64,000 bases of DNA from Lysobacterales bacterium (lineage in GTDB: Bacteria; Pseudomonadota; Gammaproteobacteria; Xanthomonadales; SZUA-5). The first letter of the stretch is position 1. Every line of letters begins with the position of its first letter. The position numbers and the translations under genes were made by a program. The notes under the pieces are model-generated. The model worked only from the letters and a program-made list of their open reading frames with translations. It did no database searches and was not told where the DNA came from. Location of the stretch: assembly GCA_022844165.1 (NCBI GenBank), contig JALHMH010000009.1, forward strand, positions 67,411-131,410, given 5' to 3'. Shown here one piece after another: positions 59,800 through 64,000 of the stretch.

Positions 59800-60963
59800 A
59801 TGCAACTATCGATCGTGATCCCATGCCTGAATGAGTGCGAGACCCTCGGCACCGTCCTGGCGAAGGCGCGCGAAGGCTTGATGGCAAGCGGCGTAACCGG
59901 CGAAATCATCGTGGCCGACAATGGTTCGACCGATGGTTCGATCGAAATTGCGCAGCGCGCAGGAGCACGCATTGTACACGCGAAGAAACGCGGCTACGGA
60001 AATGCACTTCGCGCCGGCATAGCGGCGGCAGACGGAATCTGGGTCCTGATGGGTGATGCCGACGATTCGTATGATTTTCGAGAAATCCCCAAATTCGTGG
60101 CGCCGCTCCAGTCGGGCGCCGATTTGGTGATGGGTTGCCGTTTGCCACGCGGTGGCGGCCAGATAGCGCCGGGCGCCATGCCCATCACCCATCGCCTCAT
60201 TGGCAACCCAGGCTTCTCCTTTCTCGCGCGGTGGTGGTTTCATTTTTCTGGTCATGACGTTTATTGCGGGTTGCGCGCCTTCAAACGCGAACTGATCGAC
60301 GATCTCGAAATCCGCAGCCCGGGCATGGAGTTTGCGGTCGAAATGGTTCTCAAGGCTTCGGTTTTCGGTCGCCGTGTGATGGAGGTCCCCATCACGCTGC
60401 ATCGGGACGGCAGAGTGCAAGCACGGCCGCACCTACGGACGGTGCGAGATGGTTGGCGTACACTTCGGTTATTTCTCGCGTTCAGTCCGAAATGGCTGTT
60501 CCTATGGCCTGCTGTAGCGCTACTCGCTTTCGGAATCGTTGGCTATCTGGTGTCTCTTCCAGGGCTGTCGATAGGGCGCGCAACTTTCGATGCGCATACG
60601 CTGTTGATTGCGAGTTTGGCTTGGTTGCTTGGCCTGCAAATGCTCACTTTTGCGCTCGCGGCTCAGGTCGGCGCGACAAACCAAGGTTTGCAACAACGCG
60701 GACGGGCCGACTGGCTGCTTGATTGGTTGCCGTTGGAGCGGGTGCTGATCGCCGCCACCCTGCTTGCGACCGCCGGTTTCCTTTGGATAGGCGCGCTTGC
60801 GCTGTATTGGTTGTCTTTAGACTTTGGGCGCCTGGACTATGCAATCACTATGCGCCAGTTGATTCCAGCCGTTACCACTGCTGCAACCGGTGCTCAATTG
60901 TTCTTCGGTGTCTTTTTCCTAGACGCCATGCGCAATTGGCGCGACTTTTCGGATCGCGAATGA
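59800..60963 (+). CDS. GT2 glycosyltransferase, polyprenol-phosphate (DPM1-like) type with C-terminal TMs
   Basis: SIVIPCLNE, VADNGSTDGS, RGYGNAL, MGDADDSYD, GLRAF, GMEFAVEM, RDGWRTL; four C-terminal hydrophobic helices. Confidence 0.9.
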   Translation: MQLSIVIPCLNECETLGTVLAKAREGLMASGVTGEIIVADNGSTDGSIEIAQRAGARIVHAKKRGYGNALRAGIAAADGIWVLMGDADDSYDFREIPKFVAPLQSGADLVMGCRLPRGGGQIAPGAMPITHRLIGNPGFSFLARWWFHFSGHDVYCGLRAFKRELIDDLEIRSPGMEFAVEMVLKASVFGRRVMEVPITLHRDGRVQARPHLRTVRDGWRTLRLFLAFSPKWLFLWPAVALLAFGIVGYLVSLPGLSIGRATFDAHTLLIASLAWLLGLQMLTFALAAQVGATNQGLQQRGRADWLLDWLPLERVLIAATLLATAGFLWIGALALYWLSLDFGRLDYAITMRQLIPAVTTAATGAQLFFGVFFLDAMRNWRDFSDRE

Positions 60964-61574
60964 AAGCGGTCAGCACGGCGCATCAATCGATCGTGCACAG
61001 CCGTCGCATCAGGCAGCTTGCTGCTGCGGCTAGTGCGCTGATTCCGGACATCGCGTCGAATCTGCTGGACGTTGGTTCGGGCGACGGCAAACTCGGTGCT
61101 TTGCTGCAAAGGGATCGACCTAAGTTGAAGGTCACCGGCACGGATGTGCTCGTGCGCGCGAATACGGCGATACCAACCGTGAAGTTCGATGGCCGCGTAT
61201 TGCCGCTGAACGATGCATCAGTGGATGTGGTGACGCTGATCGATGTCGTACACCACAGCGACGACCAACTCCAGCTCTTGCGCGAGTGTCGACGCGTTGC
61301 GCGACTTGGCGTATTGATCAAAGACCATCTCTGCGAGTCGAAACTCGACTTGAGAGTGCTCGCATTGATGGACTTCGTTGGCAACGCTGCGCACGGAGTC
61401 AATCTTCCTTACGCCTATTGGTCCAGACAGGATTGGCAACAGAACCTGACCAGCGTTCGACTCAGGCCTCTACATTGGAGCCAACGACTCAAAATTTACC
61501 CGTGGTTCACGCGCCCGCTTTTTGAGCGAGACCTCCACTTCATGGCCTTTTGTGTCCCAATGGATCATGGCTGA
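60960..61574 (+). CDS. Class I SAM-dependent methyltransferase
   Basis: LLDVGSGDG, LPLNDASVDVV, DVVHH, RECRRVAR; ATGA overlap with the GT2 gene. Confidence 0.88.
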   Translation: MKAVSTAHQSIVHSRRIRQLAAAASALIPDIASNLLDVGSGDGKLGALLQRDRPKLKVTGTDVLVRANTAIPTVKFDGRVLPLNDASVDVVTLIDVVHHSDDQLQLLRECRRVARLGVLIKDHLCESKLDLRVLALMDFVGNAAHGVNLPYAYWSRQDWQQNLTSVRLRPLHWSQRLKIYPWFTRPLFERDLHFMAFCVPMDHG

Positions 61575-62250
61575 GATTATTCGTTCAACATCACTTCAAG
61601 CCGCGCACGATCCGAAGTGGGAAAATGCCTACCTGCGGTTCGAATCGCCCCAGGAAGAAATCGACAAGTTCTGCAAGCGCCTGCTGCGGCTGGGCGCAAA
61701 TGAGTGGTCGCGCGACAGCAGTATCGTTGAGCTGTTTTGTGGTCGTGGCGGCGCAATCCATGCCTGGCATCGCTTAGGCTTTCGGAACGTGGCGGGGGTC
61801 GATCTGTCAGAGCGTCTGCTGCAGTGTTTCGAAGGCGATGCCAGGTTGTACGCAGCGGATGCGCGGGCACTGCCACTTGAAAATGCTGGCCAAGATATTG
61901 TTTCGGTACACGGGGGGCTGCACCATTTGCCTTCGTTGCCGGAAGATCTGGATCTCACGCTTGCGGAAGTGCGGCGCGTCCTGAAACCTACTGGCCTCTT
62001 TATCGCTGTGGAGCCATGGCTCACGCCATTCCTGCGCGCAGTGCACCTTGTGACACAGCAGCCGCTTGCAAGGTCGCTGGTTCCGAAATTCGATGCGTTT
62101 GCCGAGATGGTAGAAAGAGAAGCGGAAACCTACTTTGCCTGGTTGTCCCAATCAGCACAAATCCAAGCGTGCCTCAATCGGCACTTTGTGCTGCGCCGCA
62201 TGCGAACGGAGATGGGGAAAATAGAAATCGTCGGCACTCCGCGGAACTGA
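61567..62250 (+). CDS. Class I SAM-dependent methyltransferase
   Basis: VELFCGRG, GVDLS, ADARALP, GGLHHL, EVRRVLKPTG; overlaps the previous gene. Confidence 0.88.
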   Translation: MAEIIRSTSLQAAHDPKWENAYLRFESPQEEIDKFCKRLLRLGANEWSRDSSIVELFCGRGGAIHAWHRLGFRNVAGVDLSERLLQCFEGDARLYAADARALPLENAGQDIVSVHGGLHHLPSLPEDLDLTLAEVRRVLKPTGLFIAVEPWLTPFLRAVHLVTQQPLARSLVPKFDAFAEMVEREAETYFAWLSQSAQIQACLNRHFVLRRMRTEMGKIEIVGTPRN

Positions 62251-62259
62251 TGGATAGGA

Positions 62260-63807
62260 CTAGCGCAATGCTCCTGGATTCATTCGCCCGTGGGGGTCTA
62301 ACTGGTGCTTGATACTGTCCATCAAACTCAGAGCAAGTAGGTCGCGACCCTCACGGTAGCGGTAGAACTTTCCGAGTTGAAAATGGATGGCGCCCAAGCC
62401 TCGCAGTACGTCAGCGACCTCGCGCTTCAGTCGATTCACGCAGGCGCTGGCCTCAGGGTTCTCTGGGAAATTTCTGACGCGCCTGAGGTAGGCAGGTTCG
62501 ACCATGCGTTGGTGGTAAGTGGTTTGTGCATCGGGCCAATAAAATACCGGCTCCAACAGAAACCCTTGATGGGCAATTGTGGTCGCAAGGTAGCCGACAT
62601 CGATGCTCAGGCGTTTCAGTTCTCCGCGATTGATCTCGAAGATTCTTTCTACCGCTTCGTAAGCTTGGCCGGCCTGCGAGTGCGGGACAATCCCATGCAC
62701 AGGGACCCACCTCTCGCCTTTTGGGCCGAGCATGTTATTCGGTGGCGTGAATGGCTGACTGTTGAGTACCTTCGGAATCGAGTTCTCGACTTCTTTGCCT
62801 GCTGCCATGAATGCACGCGCGGCGTCGACTTTCCCCTTGAGTTCGCCATGCGAGTCGGCCTCAAGCGTCAAGTGCGCACTCCAGCGTTCGCTGGCCATGA
62901 AGTTTCGGCCGGCAACCGCAAGCTTGATACCCTCCATTACGCCCTGCTTCTTTACCACCTCACCCAGGGTCTTGGCATCGCTCATCAAACTCGCACGCTG
63001 CATGCGCTTTTGCGTCAGCACGGAGTCGAATCCACAGCACTCGGACGCTAAGCCAGCCCGTGTGACAGCACTCATGGCCAACGCCATGGACGCAAAATCG
63101 TTGAACTCGAAAGAAAGGAAATCCTGATGGGTGTGAATGGGCAAGAGACGAAGACTGACTTGCGTCTTAATCCCAAGCATTCCGGCATCGCCGACAAACA
63201 GACCCGTGAGATCAGGGCCGAAATAACGAAAAAATGGCGGGCAATTGGCGGCGGCCCAGGCCCCCGTGCGAAGCAAATCACCACTGACAATCGCCACCTC
63301 GATCCCAAGTACAGAATCACCGACGGAACCGTAGCGAGCAGATCCTAGGAATACGCTCCCCTGGCTAAGTGCGCCCCCAATGGTCGAACGCAGCCCGGAA
63401 AGAGGTCCGAAGTAAGGCGTGCGCAGCCCGCGCTCGGCGAGCGCAGTATGCAATTTTGCCCAGGTGCAGCCACACTCCACTATGACATACCGATCTACTT
63501 CGTTGACTTCAACAATGCGATCAAGACTCGTGGTATCAACGATCACCGTGTCCGGCGTGGTTGGGAGATAGGCGTCGGTGTAACTCAAGCCACCGCCACG
63601 CGCCACGATGGGCGAACCCATTCTGGCAAGGGCCCGAAGGATCTGCTGCAACTCGTTAGTCGTGTGCGGCCGAAATATCGCTGCGGCCGGCTCCGCAATC
63701 GCGTAGACATCCGAGGAGAAAAACTGGCGCTCGACCAAATCCGTTATTACCCGCTCAGGCCCCAGTTCGCGCGCGAGCTGAGTAATCGTTTCGCCAAGCG
63801 AGTCCAT
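62260..63807 (-). CDS. FAD-binding oxidoreductase (VAO/PCMH, GlcD-like family)
   Basis: ARGGGLSYT, STIGGALS, LFVGDAGMLGIKT, IKHQLDPHGRMNPG; start at MDSLGE. Confidence 0.88.
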   Translation of the reverse strand: MDSLGETITQLARELGPERVITDLVERQFFSSDVYAIAEPAAAIFRPHTTNELQQILRALARMGSPIVARGGGLSYTDAYLPTTPDTVIVDTTSLDRIVEVNEVDRYVIVECGCTWAKLHTALAERGLRTPYFGPLSGLRSTIGGALSQGSVFLGSARYGSVGDSVLGIEVAIVSGDLLRTGAWAAANCPPFFRYFGPDLTGLFVGDAGMLGIKTQVSLRLLPIHTHQDFLSFEFNDFASMALAMSAVTRAGLASECCGFDSVLTQKRMQRASLMSDAKTLGEVVKKQGVMEGIKLAVAGRNFMASERWSAHLTLEADSHGELKGKVDAARAFMAAGKEVENSIPKVLNSQPFTPPNNMLGPKGERWVPVHGIVPHSQAGQAYEAVERIFEINRGELKRLSIDVGYLATTIAHQGFLLEPVFYWPDAQTTYHQRMVEPAYLRRVRNFPENPEASACVNRLKREVADVLRGLGAIHFQLGKFYRYREGRDLLALSLMDSIKHQLDPHGRMNPGALR

Positions 63808-64000
63808 TGCAGTAGTCCAGGACACTAAGGCGGATAACTTACCACTGCTAGTGTCGATTGTGAGTGGCGAGGGGGCTCGGAGTAAGCGTCCGGCGCAGCA
63901 CATCTAGATTCTGACTCTCGCCTTCGCCAATTCTGTCCTCAACGCGGCACTGAGGACAGTTGGATGCGAGCAGAACGGTTGGGTGCGAGCGCGTGGTTTG

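Noticed and set aside
62260-63807. FAD oxidoreductase as DprE1 of an arabinofuranose pathway for the pilin glycan
   Set aside because: Same superfamily, but the C-terminal DP.GRMNPG pattern is GlcD-like, the gene is convergent to the block, and no DprE2 or UbiA-type partner is visible; a link cannot be supported
63904-64000. Possible 3' end of a minus-strand gene at the window edge
   Set aside because: Too short to assign a frame or product

Overview
GC-rich gammaproteobacterial chromosome segment, most consistent with a Xanthomonadales (Lysobacterales) organism. This assignment is inferred from protein character and gene context, not from a database search. The window is mostly housekeeping: sdhA(3' part)-sdhB, tRNA-Val(GAC)-thrS-infC-rpmI-rplT-pheS, purL, dsbC, a TonB-dependent receptor, speE, bioH, a pseudouridine synthase, dnaG, tdk, hrpA, MarR-hppD-hmgA, lpdA and relA. 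It also carries two Ser/Thr kinase modules. The main accessory region is a type IVa pilus locus (pilR, TfpX/TfpZ-like gene, a six-cysteine pilA, pilB, pilC) followed, where pilD would be expected, by a roughly 9 kb block. That block encodes two paralogous GT-C-like membrane glycosyltransferases around a 13-TM MFS/spermidine-synthase-like fusion, a polyprenol-phosphate-type GT2 and two SAM methyltransferases. It is the best candidate for an undescribed system (pilin or surface glycan transfer and decoration). Non-coding signals include a Thr-codon leader-peptide attenuator before thrS, a structured rpmI leader, a five-hairpin CTAG-bounded MITE-like element, a dispersed GAGGCGAAGCCTC repeat, a palindromic in-frame insertion in hrpA and an unannotated 28-aa hydrophobic ORF. 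No CRISPR array, transposase, integrase or rRNA was seen. Several start codons were re-assigned by eye from the ORF track.
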